From positions 1-64,000 of the IMG/VR virus record IMGVR_UViG_3300031998_000011: 64,000 nt of DNA. The stretch is one strand, 5' to 3'. Positions 10,101 to 17,888 of the stretch are shown in pieces. A program made the translations under genes and the position numbers. Under the pieces are notes generated by a model. That model was not told the DNA's origin and ran no database searches. It saw only the letters and a program-made list of their open reading frames with translations. Every line of letters starts with the position of its first letter. Position 1 is the first letter of the stretch. This DNA comes from a virus. Taxonomy: Duplodnaviria > Caudoviricetes.

Positions 10101-11714
10101 AATGCACAGGGTGGTCTGTTCAGCGTAGATGATGTGGTTCCAACAGCTGACGCTATTGTCAAGTACATCAAGTCACTGAATCTCGATCCAGCCGGCATGG
10201 CTGTATCTGGGAATCTGAACCAAAACGGTGACTGGGTTACAGCCGCGACGGTCAGCGCCGGCATTTATTATGTGGCTACGAACGTTGTTGCTGGTACAGC
10301 CGGATCTGCGGCGTACTCATCGGTTCCTACCGTTCGTGCTGTGAATGATTTTGTTGCGGGCTATACAGCGTCCGTCGGCGGGTTCTCCGTGACTGCTGCA
10401 GACAAGGAAGACTGGGAAACGGTCGGCACAGGAACGTCCGCAACCAAACGCAAAGCAGACCCCGGCATCGTTGGTGTTGTTGATACACTTGTTGCGGCCA
10501 CGACCGTGAGCAATCGTTCGTTATCTACGAATACAGTCCCAACAGTAGCTGCAGTGAAGGATTATGTTGATGAGTTTCTGGTTAGCGCTTCAACAGCAGG
10601 TGTTATGCAGGAGAACGAACATAATCAGGAGAGTTGTGATGGTGCGGTTGAGGGTACTGTTACTGTTGCTCGTAACGTGTGGCTGAACCTTACAGCAAAT
10701 AGTCGTTTAGTGTCTTATAAAGCTGTTCCGACTGTCGAAGCTGTTTATAATTTTATACGGGGATACACGAATAACTATGCGGGCTACGGAACATTCCCTG
10801 TTGCAAGTGCTCTTGCTACACCAGGCACTATCGTGGATGATATTGATACGGAAGATAACTGGAATGAAGGGTGGAATCCTGTGCCAGAGACTGGTACAGC
10901 ACTGGTAGCCTCTAACATCAAAGTGGGACAGGATTCTCAGGCAATATCAACAAAAGCAGTTCCAACTGTTAAGTCTGTATTTGACTTCGTACACAGTTCT
11001 AAAAGTACACCAGACGGCGAGAAAGCACTCAATACAAAAGGAACAATATCTGTTAATCCCAATGGTGTGGAATCTATAACAGGTGGTACACCAGGTACAG
11101 CTTGGGTGGTTACAAATGTAAAAGTAGGCTCAGAAGCAACAAATAAGGTATCACCGCTTGTTGTTCCTACTGTTCAGGCTGTTTATAAATTCATTCATAA
11201 TTATAACACAGCGAGTATTGCAAGCCCAATGGCAGTCCCTGTTGATATGCAGACCATTGGTAATGCTGCCACTGTCGGTATTGTTGCAAGTACTTGTACA
11301 CCAGGAACATTCTTTGTAACTGGTAATATGGCTGTTGTGTCTGGTGCTACGTCTTTCCCGGCACCTGCTGTTGTACCTACTGCAGAGGCTGTTGCCAAAT
11401 ATATAAAAGACAATGCTGCTTCTAAATATGATGGTCCATTCGCCGCTGTTTCTGGTAGTTCTATCAGAGGTGGGAATGTTTACTTCGATGGTGCTTTATT
11501 TGCTACAGCTTCTGATTACACAACAGCACTTGCGGCCAGTACAACTTATTGGTGCGTCGCCAAGAAAAACGGTTCAACAAAAACAGCCGAAATAAAGACT
11601 GGACCTGGTACAAGTGTCTATGAGGCATCTGTTCCTATTGTTCGTACAGACACTAATAGCAAGCCAACACAGATTCACTACGGTGACATAAATATTGAAG
11701 GTCGGTGGACTTGA
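7167..11714 (+). CDS. Long tail fibre / receptor-binding protein with ~13 internal repeats
   Basis: 1515 aa, Thr/Val/Ala-rich; recurring VPTVxAVYxF(I/V) motif of tail-fibre repeat type. Confidence 0.7.
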   Translation: MIRIGTNRCGYIGYTCRGIPQLHGSHETVVEGTTITVQHMFNEANELVSAMRQEFDKLPLRIKGMVFAADTINMGWPEGGPHPEVPEISCRYDTDPFSISKKVAEQSNHIAVAISGQTYQYPVFGSTNGWVDLFNACDVAGGTDGYCYRRDVFLEKTLDTEEGGVTVKGHTLALVDNIPAFVSGNTEYIMGPGLLEPMLDTDFDPIDIDTIPAWEAGDDSFIFTTTVLGAWKGVVDDRFRNVYARLNNIPTAATDYNLRDLKREEYENTDCQNFRINLSSGDSLQTRGNQIANLYTVTDGQVAVDDYTVYVSGDVFTVEPAVEYPIYVWVRVYETDSTGETTTAEIVLLDDSYSIGDELSGGEVIAKEQISVPGSVYRYKYTVQFDDGRKYTGLLFFGFPLPDADDHVVVVGGVRKVFGGTDDDSFVLFKIFQTECSPVMNFASDAETGLHGVIDFDIDGNEIITPLPGSTVTPAPGIVQPAVNIALVVNGSTETNTQSTTDVPTVEAVYNFIHGITAYNGPVANAKATEVELSGISGSTVFGEPVDYVIPINKDRWAQNTEDEITGYTAAESMYEAAKAAWELAGEPTEGEIYEAYIEASTVYSDAYYTVYGYVSDGEPGTTYVINNIVLMNGDMMGVAATTAPSVRAVYNFVHDIYALSTAGTILVNEQNVPYVSHGTPGTVFTIDSLDKARYAAEEYYQDEVPTVRAVIQYVEGRACPSAVKGIISVSAGTESLVSVQGTTAAAGIVQPVKNIDIGTQDPNNVSPDAVPTVQAVYDFIHGYTVTNYKVADAKATADETIAVAGSTVQVKCGTSAVPGTFYVTNDMTSITDTVTTYVAPEAVPTAMSVVNYIRAYVAGHTATASRISVSDDSPYESLDAIHTTGTVDVSRCINLNRTVNKRPESSRVVPTVEAVYNFVHDLTDFYSGSTMSAQSSQATIGTITGTTTGTSSVITGVTASGCVTGTYKVVDKIVGATNAQGGLFSVDDVVPTADAIVKYIKSLNLDPAGMAVSGNLNQNGDWVTAATVSAGIYYVATNVVAGTAGSAAYSSVPTVRAVNDFVAGYTASVGGFSVTAADKEDWETVGTGTSATKRKADPGIVGVVDTLVAATTVSNRSLSTNTVPTVAAVKDYVDEFLVSASTAGVMQENEHNQESCDGAVEGTVTVARNVWLNLTANSRLVSYKAVPTVEAVYNFIRGYTNNYAGYGTFPVASALATPGTIVDDIDTEDNWNEGWNPVPETGTALVASNIKVGQDSQAISTKAVPTVKSVFDFVHSSKSTPDGEKALNTKGTISVNPNGVESITGGTPGTAWVVTNVKVGSEATNKVSPLVVPTVQAVYKFIHNYNTASIASPMAVPVDMQTIGNAATVGIVASTCTPGTFFVTGNMAVVSGATSFPAPAVVPTAEAVAKYIKDNAASKYDGPFAAVSGSSIRGGNVYFDGALFATASDYTTALAASTTYWCVAKKNGSTKTAEIKTGPGTSVYEASVPIVRTDTNSKPTQIHYGDINIEGRWT

Positions 11715-11764
11715 TGGTATTGTAACTCCGTAGATGCCTAACCTTTTCTGCGGAGTTACTGCCT

Positions 11765-12517
11765 ATGCCCACCTTCGGATGCCACTCATGCGGCGTCGAT
11801 CCGTCTAAATACAAAGACTGGATGTCGTCCCCATGCGCCACTTGTAAACTGAAAGACGAACAATACAACACACATCGACCTGCCTTGTTCGATAGCGGCA
11901 ACTGGGACGATGATGACGAGGCCGAGTTCCTTGGAGTCGAGGACAAAGACCTACAAAACATCGACGAAAACGACATCGACGTCGAAGTCCTGAAGAAAGT
12001 CAAGGAAGCCACGGAGATCACCAAGGTGCTCCGTGAAGTGATAGAGAAGCAGGTCTTCCTTGTAGCATCCGGTCTCGTGCTCTCGCTTGTGAAAATGGCG
12101 AAGGAGAGCCCGGTGCTCTTCGAGATTCTCATCAAGAAGATGCAGTATCCCTACCTGAGCTACTCCGAGATCGGCGCCAGTATGAACCCCAAGTGCTCCA
12201 AGCAGAACGTCCTGTACCACCTGAAACACGCCGTCGAAATGTTCCCGGACCTGAACTCCGCAATTCTCACAGACACCAGGTTCTCTGGCGGGCACTACGC
12301 ACTCAAGACCATCGCAGAGGCGAACAAGCAGAACAAGGCAAAGCAGCGCATCCAGGGTATTCTCTATGGAGAAGCCAATCCGGCCTTCATCGCCAGGGGC
12401 CTGAAAGAAATCACACGTATCTGCAGCCTTCCTTTCATGGCTGACAAAGACATCATCAATTTCAACCCCTTTATCAAGGATGAGGCCGCCAATGTCGCTG
12501 ACGATCAAGATTCATGA
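11765..12517 (+). CDS. Putative DNA-binding protein (Zn-finger plus sigma-region-4-like HTH)
   Basis: N-terminal CxxC...CxxC; 'LSYSEIGASM...SKQNVLYHLKHA' HTH-like segment. Confidence 0.45.
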   Translation: MPTFGCHSCGVDPSKYKDWMSSPCATCKLKDEQYNTHRPALFDSGNWDDDDEAEFLGVEDKDLQNIDENDIDVEVLKKVKEATEITKVLREVIEKQVFLVASGLVLSLVKMAKESPVLFEILIKKMQYPYLSYSEIGASMNPKCSKQNVLYHLKHAVEMFPDLNSAILTDTRFSGGHYALKTIAEANKQNKAKQRIQGILYGEANPAFIARGLKEITRICSLPFMADKDIINFNPFIKDEAANVADDQDS

Positions 12518-13661
12518 AGACGTCTACAAAGTCCAGGATCCGCGCATAAGGAAGATCACAACTGGCGCCATGTCGCTGGAACACTTTGTCGCTACAATCA
12601 GCCCTGATGATCCGTTCGTACTGGTACATGACACGGTCTACGTCATGACCGAGCAGGAGTACTACTCCACCAGAGCCGTCTATCCGACGCACAGGCTGAT
12701 GGACCACATGTTCACTCACATCATGCAGATGCAAGATCTGTCTGTGTTCTCGGAAGACGACCGCAAGTACATCGAGAAGGCTCGCAAGGACTACCCTGAG
12801 TGTCCGCGCTGTCAGCAGAAGAAGTACCGCAAGAAGTTCTACGAACTGGGTATCAAGTACAACCTGGAATCAGAACTGAACGACTGTCTGAACATTCTGC
12901 AGCGCGTACCACGATACCCGAAGGTGAACGGTGAAATCAAGCCGACGCTTTCTTTTGTGAGTGCCTGGGTACACAACGTACCTGAGTCCACGCGAAAGGG
13001 CTGCATTGCCTGTGTTGAGAAGCATCTGTCCCAGGCATACATCCTGGCCGGAGAGGTAGAACAGGGCTATCCAGAACACATTGTGCTTGTCTGCGGGCAT
13101 CTTGGTCAGGCAATCGACGAACTGCCGGATGAAGCCTTCTTTATGAAGCAGACGCTGGAGTTCTGCATGGCGAAGACCATCGAGTCCGGCGTTCCAGTCG
13201 TTCCCCTGTGGGCGATCCTGTCGCAGCTCCTGCTGGTGCAGCGCGGGATGAAACCTGTAGAAGATCTGAGCGATCCTGTGTACGACATTGGTCTGGATGT
13301 GACCGACGAGATCATCGCGGAGTGGAAGAATCTGACACCCTATATGCAGGGCAAGTTCAAGGCACTCATGGTAGAGTGCGGCGCAGCCATCGGGAACTAC
13401 AAGGAGAACCACGATGAAAAGAGCCGGTTCCAGTTCTCCGGTTATATGGCGAGTGCCGCCGAGATGCTGGCATCTGCCGCACCGAAGATGGCGAATATGC
13501 TGCGCGACCGCAGACTCGCCTTTGTGGCAGCACCTGATTTGCTGGAAGAAGCTGGATATGATCTGTACGGGCTGGTAGAACAGCTCGATGGCTCAAACAG
13601 CGGGACCGGTGTGAGTGTCGATCTCGGTGTAAAGCAGGGAGTCGCTGACAACCCCGCCTGA
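12492..13661 (+). CDS. Hypothetical protein with CxxC motifs
   Basis: Long ORF with phage-like codon usage; CPRC and CIAC motifs. Confidence 0.6.
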   Translation: MSLTIKIHEDVYKVQDPRIRKITTGAMSLEHFVATISPDDPFVLVHDTVYVMTEQEYYSTRAVYPTHRLMDHMFTHIMQMQDLSVFSEDDRKYIEKARKDYPECPRCQQKKYRKKFYELGIKYNLESELNDCLNILQRVPRYPKVNGEIKPTLSFVSAWVHNVPESTRKGCIACVEKHLSQAYILAGEVEQGYPEHIVLVCGHLGQAIDELPDEAFFMKQTLEFCMAKTIESGVPVVPLWAILSQLLLVQRGMKPVEDLSDPVYDIGLDVTDEIIAEWKNLTPYMQGKFKALMVECGAAIGNYKENHDEKSRFQFSGYMASAAEMLASAAPKMANMLRDRRLAFVAAPDLLEEAGYDLYGLVEQLDGSNSGTGVSVDLGVKQGVADNPA

Positions 13662-14018
13662 GTCGTCCATAAGGGCGTTGATCTGGTTCCATTCGACAAC
13701 CAGGGCGTTCACGTCTTTCTCGATGGAGTGATACGTCAGGTCTGCCATCTTGGCTGTATCGAAGATCATCTCGATCTCATCCGTGCGGAAGTAGCACTCG
13801 TCTTCTGGTTCATAGTCCGGGAACTCGACAAGTTCTGACGGAGAACACACATGGCTGAACCGATACAGGGGAGCCAGATCGTCGGCACTGCGGGGCAGCA
13901 CCTCAATGGCGAACACCGCACTGGTGATGTTGCTGCCGACTGCCTTGATTTTGATCTTGACAGAACCTTTGCGGCCGGTTGTGGTTTCCTGGCTGATAGT
14001 GATGGTTGCGACTGCCAT
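13593..14018 (-). CDS. Hypothetical protein
   Basis: TAAGGAG RBS upstream of ATG 14018 on the minus strand. Confidence 0.55.
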   Translation of the reverse strand: MAVATITISQETTTGRKGSVKIKIKAVGSNITSAVFAIEVLPRSADDLAPLYRFSHVCSPSELVEFPDYEPEDECYFRTDEIEMIFDTAKMADLTYHSIEKDVNALVVEWNQINALMDDSGGVVSDSLLYTEIDTHTGPAV

Positions 14019-14028
14019 GACGGTCTCC

Positions 14029-14286
14029 TTATCTGATGACGACGCCGGCAATCGTGACCGGCAGTTTGAACAGTGATGCGCAGAGCTTGATGAACTCTGG
14101 TCTGAGTCGGTAGCGAAGCACTGCAACGCGAAGCAGGGCGTTTACCTTCAGCGTCTTGGCCCCGCAGGTACCGCAACGCTTCCAGGCTGCTGACGCGGCC
14201 TGTAACATAGGAAACCCGTCGGCAGGGTTGCTGAGGAGTTTTTCTTCGTCTTTTGTCAACATGACGTGCATCCTATAGTAAGACAA
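14029..14286 (-). CDS. Small hypothetical protein (CxxC)
   Basis: 85 aa ORF in tandem with 13593-14018; start uncertain. Confidence 0.45.
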   Translation of the reverse strand: MSYYRMHVMLTKDEEKLLSNPADGFPMLQAASAAWKRCGTCGAKTLKVNALLRVAVLRYRLRPEFIKLCASLFKLPVTIAGVVIR

Positions 14287-14310
14287 TCAACCAAATGAAA
14301 GGCTTATACG

Positions 14311-15243
14311 ATGGATAACCTTGACAAATCCTGCTTCGCTTATCAGGACGGTAAGCGCTACCCGATTCACACAAAAGAAGACACGTTAAACTCCTTCCGC
14401 CAGTACTGCGGGGAGAAAAGTCGCTTCGGTGAGGCGCTCAACAGGACCATCCAGAAACAGTTCGACAAGGCTGCCAAGTATCACGAGATTACTCTAAAGG
14501 AACCTGAGCAGACCAAGACGGCTTCCGCCAAGCAAATCGAGACTTTCAAGGCCGGTCAGGGCACCATCAGCATGCCTGTGATCGAGACTGGCGAAGAACT
14601 GGACAAGGCTGTGGCGTTCGTTCTCGAAAAACGCGCCTCCATGAGCCGTGACGAACTCAAAGACACTGCCAGATACGTCCTTTTCCAGGCTGCGAACAGC
14701 GATCTGGACATCAACAGCCCGGAAATGCGCAAGGTTTCCATGATCGCAGGCGCCGGAATCAACGACCGCGAGGAAATCGAGCAGCAGCTGGGCATCCGCG
14801 CCAAGATGGCGAGCCTGTCTCCGGCCAATGCGCAGACCTTCTGGCAGTTCTACAACGGTCTGAAGGACGTTTCCGACGATGAACTGACCAAAGAAGCCAG
14901 TCTGGACAAGATCTGTGGCTTCATGGACGCGGTCGATACCGAGTTCAACCTGAAAAATCGCTACGGAGAGACCTACGACGGCATCACTCTGAAGGCTCCG
15001 GAAGAGGCCTGCTTCGGCCAGACCATCGACGACCTGCTCAAAGAGGCTTCCGACATGATGGAAATCACCTCAATCGACACTGTTTTGAGCAAATCCGCCC
15101 TTCTGGAGCGCAAAAACGAGGTCAACAGCTTCTTCAAGAGCCATTTCGGGGTCGAAAATGACCTTTCTGACCAGGAAATGATCGAAAAAGTGGCTTCTCT
15201 CGACGCTTCCGTCGCAAAAGCCTTCCTGGAGTACGTGAAGTGA
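14311..15243 (+). CDS. Hypothetical protein, possibly head-associated
   Basis: 310 aa, strong codon bias; 'FAYQDGKRYPIH' N-terminus; recurrent KxAS motifs (KTAS, KRAS, KMAS, KEAS, KVAS). Confidence 0.55.
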   Translation: MDNLDKSCFAYQDGKRYPIHTKEDTLNSFRQYCGEKSRFGEALNRTIQKQFDKAAKYHEITLKEPEQTKTASAKQIETFKAGQGTISMPVIETGEELDKAVAFVLEKRASMSRDELKDTARYVLFQAANSDLDINSPEMRKVSMIAGAGINDREEIEQQLGIRAKMASLSPANAQTFWQFYNGLKDVSDDELTKEASLDKICGFMDAVDTEFNLKNRYGETYDGITLKAPEEACFGQTIDDLLKEASDMMEITSIDTVLSKSALLERKNEVNSFFKSHFGVENDLSDQEMIEKVASLDASVAKAFLEYVK

Positions 15244-15857
15244 GCTTCCCGCTGTCCAATCACTGCTTCGTTTCCTCTGTCACGCTGGCAACTTTGCGCC
15301 AGTTGGGCATGGAATCGCTTGAATGGGACCCGGAAGTGCTCATGATGGGCTTCGAAGCAGCTTTTGGAGTGAAAAAGATGCCTCAAAAGCTGTTCGACAA
15401 GCTGAATTGCGGCTATATGCTGCTCGGAACCGACCTTTTCTACAGTTCTATTGAGGGTTTCCTATCAGCAACGGCTGTTATGAACGACAGACCCTTCGAA
15501 GAGGACCAGATCCCATTCTGCAGCCTGGAAGAGTGCGCCTGGAGCGTCTGGGAGGCCTCACAACTGACCGGAGAGACGTCTGATGGCAAGCCTACGACGG
15601 AATTTCACCCGGATATCGTGAAATACATCCAGGAAGCAGGCCGTTTGAACGGCGTGAGCAAGTTTCCGCTGTGGTTGAGCTTCGCGAACACCGAAAATGC
15701 ACCATATCCGGACATGTCAGGCGATGAATCGGTCTTTGAAATGTATATGCAGCGCCAGCAAGAGTATATCGCAGACCTGAATCGATACGTGCAGGGGCGC
15801 CAGGACAAGCTGACCGAAGAACTGCAGAAACTCGAAAAACTGCGTCTTGTGGGTTAA
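15240..15857 (+). CDS. Hypothetical protein
   Basis: 205 aa, GTGA overlap with the previous gene. Confidence 0.55.
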   Translation: MSFPLSNHCFVSSVTLATLRQLGMESLEWDPEVLMMGFEAAFGVKKMPQKLFDKLNCGYMLLGTDLFYSSIEGFLSATAVMNDRPFEEDQIPFCSLEECAWSVWEASQLTGETSDGKPTTEFHPDIVKYIQEAGRLNGVSKFPLWLSFANTENAPYPDMSGDESVFEMYMQRQQEYIADLNRYVQGRQDKLTEELQKLEKLRLVG

Positions 15858-15994
15858 AATCGGGTACTTTTGGCGGTATAATACAATGGTGCTGAATAAG
15901 CACTGTCGCGGTGACTATCACCGCAGCCTTTCTCCCTTGGCTTAAACAGGGAGATGGCTTTGCTTTTACACCATAGGTGTATAGTAAACCAGAC

Positions 15995-16084
15995 GCAGGG
16001 ATGGCTGAGTGGTTTAAGGTGGTCGGTCTGAACCCGACAGCGGCCTGCAGGTCGCCGCAGGTTCGAATCCTGCTCTCTGCGCCA
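15995..16084 (+). tRNA. tRNA-Ser(TGA)
   Basis: GCAGGGA/TCTCTGC acceptor, G73-CCA; anticodon arm GTCGG-TCTGAAC-CCGAC; long variable arm; GTTCGAATCC T-loop. Confidence 0.85.
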
Positions 16085-16102
16085 GCTCTTTGACAATGAC
16101 AA

Positions 16103-16280
16103 CGCCGTGGTAGTTCAAAGAGGAGGCAACGATAAGCCTCCCGGACAACTCGCTCGCTGACAACACTGCAGTGGCCTTGGATACCTTGCGCAGGGTGGTC
16201 CTATGGTTCGATCAGCACTGAGGAAGAACGGTCCGAAGATCCGGACATCGTTGCAGGTTCGAATCCTGCCCACGGCGACC
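16103..16280 (+). ncRNA. tRNA-like RNA with ~110-nt insertion in the D-loop
   Basis: CGCCGTGG/CCACGGCG acceptor; D-stem GTTC(16113)/GAAC(16226); GTCCG-AAGATC-CGGAC arm; perfect T-arm GCAGG-TTCGAAT-CCTGC. Confidence 0.6.
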
Positions 16281-16285
16281 TTTTC

Positions 16286-16370
16286 GCTCCTGTAGTCTAA
16301 ACAGGATAAGGCACTCAGCTGTAAACGAGGCGGCTGAGGGATTCTGGATCGTGCCCAGACAGGAGCTCCA
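16286..16370 (+). tRNA. Atypical tRNA or tRNA-like RNA with extended anticodon arm
   Basis: GCTCCTG/CAGGAGC-T-CCA acceptor; 8-bp CTCAGCTG/CGGCTGAG stem with 9-nt loop; T-arm TCTGG-ATCGTGC-CCAGA. Confidence 0.55.
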
Positions 16371-16441
16371 ATTTCAATCAGACCAGCACGGTTTGGGTAA
16401 GAGTGCATGGCTCCAATGAAGGCTGGTCTGGTTGGATACTT

Positions 16442-16534
16442 GTTACCTGGAGATCCGGGTTCGACGCCCGGCGCCGCGTTGGCTGCGTGCCAGCAAGGAG
16501 TAGTGGAAGCAAGAGGCTGAGAATACCAGGTAAC
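16442..16534 (+). ncRNA. Circularly permuted tRNA-like element (YrlA/Y-RNA-like candidate)
   Basis: Terminal stem GTTACCTGG/CCAGGTAAC encloses AGAT plus T-arm CCGGG-TTCGACG-CCCGG placed 5' of the acceptor-like and D-like segments. Confidence 0.35.
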
Positions 16535-16547
16535 TTTTCGATTTCGT

Positions 16548-16623
16548 CGCGGAGTGCAGGCACGGTAGCCTGACCGGTCCCATACACCGGAAGTGTGAGG
16601 TTCAATTCCTCCCTCCGCCACCA
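16548..16623 (+). tRNA. tRNA-Met(CAT), initiator-like (1:72 mismatch)
   Basis: CGCGGAG/CTCCGCC-A-CCA; anticodon arm CCGGT-CCCATAC-ACCGG; GGTTCAATTCC T-loop; 76 nt. Confidence 0.8.
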
Positions 16624-16630
16624 ATTTCAT

Positions 16631-16738
16631 GCGTGTCAGCCAACCGTTGGCTCCTCCTGTGCCGGATTACGATCTGCATAGTGTCCGGATAGGTACCCAC
16701 AGGACTGACGCTGGGTTAGAATCCCAGGGCACGTTCCA
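16631..16738 (+). ncRNA. tRNA-like RNA with insertion replacing the anticodon loop
   Basis: GCGTGTC/GGCACGT-T-CCA; D-like AGCCAA/TTGGCT; TCCTGTG...CACAGGA stem holds an extra hairpin; T-arm CTGGG-TTAGAAT-CCCAG. Confidence 0.55.
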
Positions 16739-16748
16739 TTTTGTCATG

Positions 16749-16892
16749 GGCGGACACAACGGTGCCAATGATGCTCTGCAGTAAGCATCTGCGATCTGAT
16801 TGTGGCCTTAAAGAGGGCAGTCATCATAGAACACGTGGCAATGTGATGAGGAGACTCTGAGAGGTTCTGGTGAAACCCCAGGGCCGCCACCA
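16749..16892 (+). ncRNA. tRNA-like RNA (~144 nt) with acceptor stem, T-like arm and encoded CCA
   Basis: GGCGGAC/GGCCGCC-A-CCA (one mismatch); CTGG-TGAAACC-CCAG arm. Confidence 0.4.
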
Positions 16893-16896
16893 ATTT

Positions 16897-17157
16897 GGCG
16901 CGGTTCCGGAACAACGCGCTGATAGGGACTGGCATGCACCCGAATTGATGAATGCAAAGGGTACGCCTGTAAAGCTCTATGGGAGATCAGGTGGAAGACT
17001 CAGGTACCCGATTGAGCGAACCTGGCCTAATCGCTCTAACTTTCCGCGTGACTGCAGAAGTCGCGCTGGCTGACCGTAGCTCGACACCGTTATACAGGCA
17101 CGGGCTTATCAAAGGTCTTCCAGCCATATCCTGGTTCGTTACCAGGGCGCGGAGCCA
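16897..17157 (+). ncRNA. Structured ncRNA candidate ending in T-arm and GCCA
   Basis: GGTTCCG/CGGAGCC end pairing; TGATAGG/CTTATCA and GCCTGTA/TACAGGC long-range stems; CCTGG-TTCGTTA-CCAGG T-like arm. Confidence 0.35.
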
Positions 17158-17165
17158 CTCACTTT

Positions 17166-17212
17166 GAGGCCGGTTGTGGTTTTCCTTGACTTTCCCACTT
17201 CCGGTCTCTTTT
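17166..17212 (+). terminator. Rho-independent terminator
   Basis: GAGGCCGG..GTGG/CCAC..CCGGTCTC hairpin followed by TTTTT. Confidence 0.6.
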
Positions 17213-17223
17213 TCATATCAACC

Positions 17224-17249
17224 AATTTTCAACTTGGAGTTCAAAATTC
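17224..17249 (+). promoter_or_regulatory. Imperfect palindromic motif AATTTTCAACTTGGAGTTCAAAATTC (copy 1 of 3)
   Basis: The same core TCAACTTGRAGTTCAAA occurs at 37905-37926 (+) and 20463-20484 (-); this copy lies directly before an ATG. Confidence 0.5.
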
Positions 17250-17717
17250 ATGCAAGAAATCCTGAACAACACAATCTATGTCTTCTGGCTGTGCATGCTG
17301 TTGCACCTGCTGGCTGACTTCCACTTCCAGGGCGTCCTGGCGAACATGAAACAGAAGAGCTGGTGGCAGTACCAGGTCAAGAAGCGTTTCGGTCCTACAG
17401 AAGAAGCAAAGAGGACCACGCGGATGTTCGGCGGCAAGCTGGAGGATCACTACGAGCTGCCTACATGGTATGACTACGACTGGTTCGCAGGCATCGTGTG
17501 TCACTCTACGATGTGGGCGCTCATCACGTATCTGCCCATGATGTTCACGCTTACGGCGCCTGTGTGGAGCCTGTTCGTGTGCGCCAATATCGTGCTGCAC
17601 GGTATCATCGACCATCTGAAGGCGAACCGCATGGGAACCCTGAATCTGAACCAGGATCAGTTCCTGCATCTGGTACAAGTCGCCTGTAGTGTAGTCGTGT
17701 GGCACTTTGTTCATTGA
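17250..17717 (+). CDS. DUF3307-like membrane protein
   Basis: HLLADFHFQ...K...H...HGIIDHLK...DQFLH signature with hydrophobic helices. Confidence 0.75.
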   Translation: MQEILNNTIYVFWLCMLLHLLADFHFQGVLANMKQKSWWQYQVKKRFGPTEEAKRTTRMFGGKLEDHYELPTWYDYDWFAGIVCHSTMWALITYLPMMFTLTAPVWSLFVCANIVLHGIIDHLKANRMGTLNLNQDQFLHLVQVACSVVVWHFVH

Positions 17718-17730
17718 ATCAACTTTTTGT

Positions 17731-17803
17731 GGGCCTCTGGTGTAAAGGTCAGCACCCTTCTCTCATAAAGAAGCCGGTCTCAGTTCGAATCTGAGGGGGC
17801 CCA
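17731..17803 (+). tRNA. tRNA with CAT anticodon (Ile2 or elongator Met)
   Basis: GGGCCTC/GGGGCCC-A acceptor; CTTCT-CTCATAA-AGAAG; CTCAG-TTCGAAT-CTGAG; CCA not encoded. Confidence 0.85.
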
Positions 17804-17816
17804 TAAACCTGTTTTT

Positions 17817-17888
17817 GACTGGCCAGTGAGCTGGAACGGTAGCCAGCGGCTTCAGTGCGATGCGGGTTCGAGTCCCGTCTGGCCAGTC
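17817..17888 (+). ncRNA. tRNA mimic lacking an anticodon arm
   Basis: 10-bp GACTGGCCAG/CTGGCCAGTC stem; D-arm GCTGG-AACGGTAG-CCAGC; T-arm GCGGG-TTCGAGT-CCCGT; only 14 nt between the arms. Confidence 0.55.

Noticed and set aside
16897-17157. tmRNA or RNase P RNA call (ACAGGCACGGGCTTAT resembles the RNase P 3' motif)
   Set aside because: No GAGGAAAGTCC partner motif, no G3-U70 pair and no convincing tag reading frame; kept only as an unknown ncRNA
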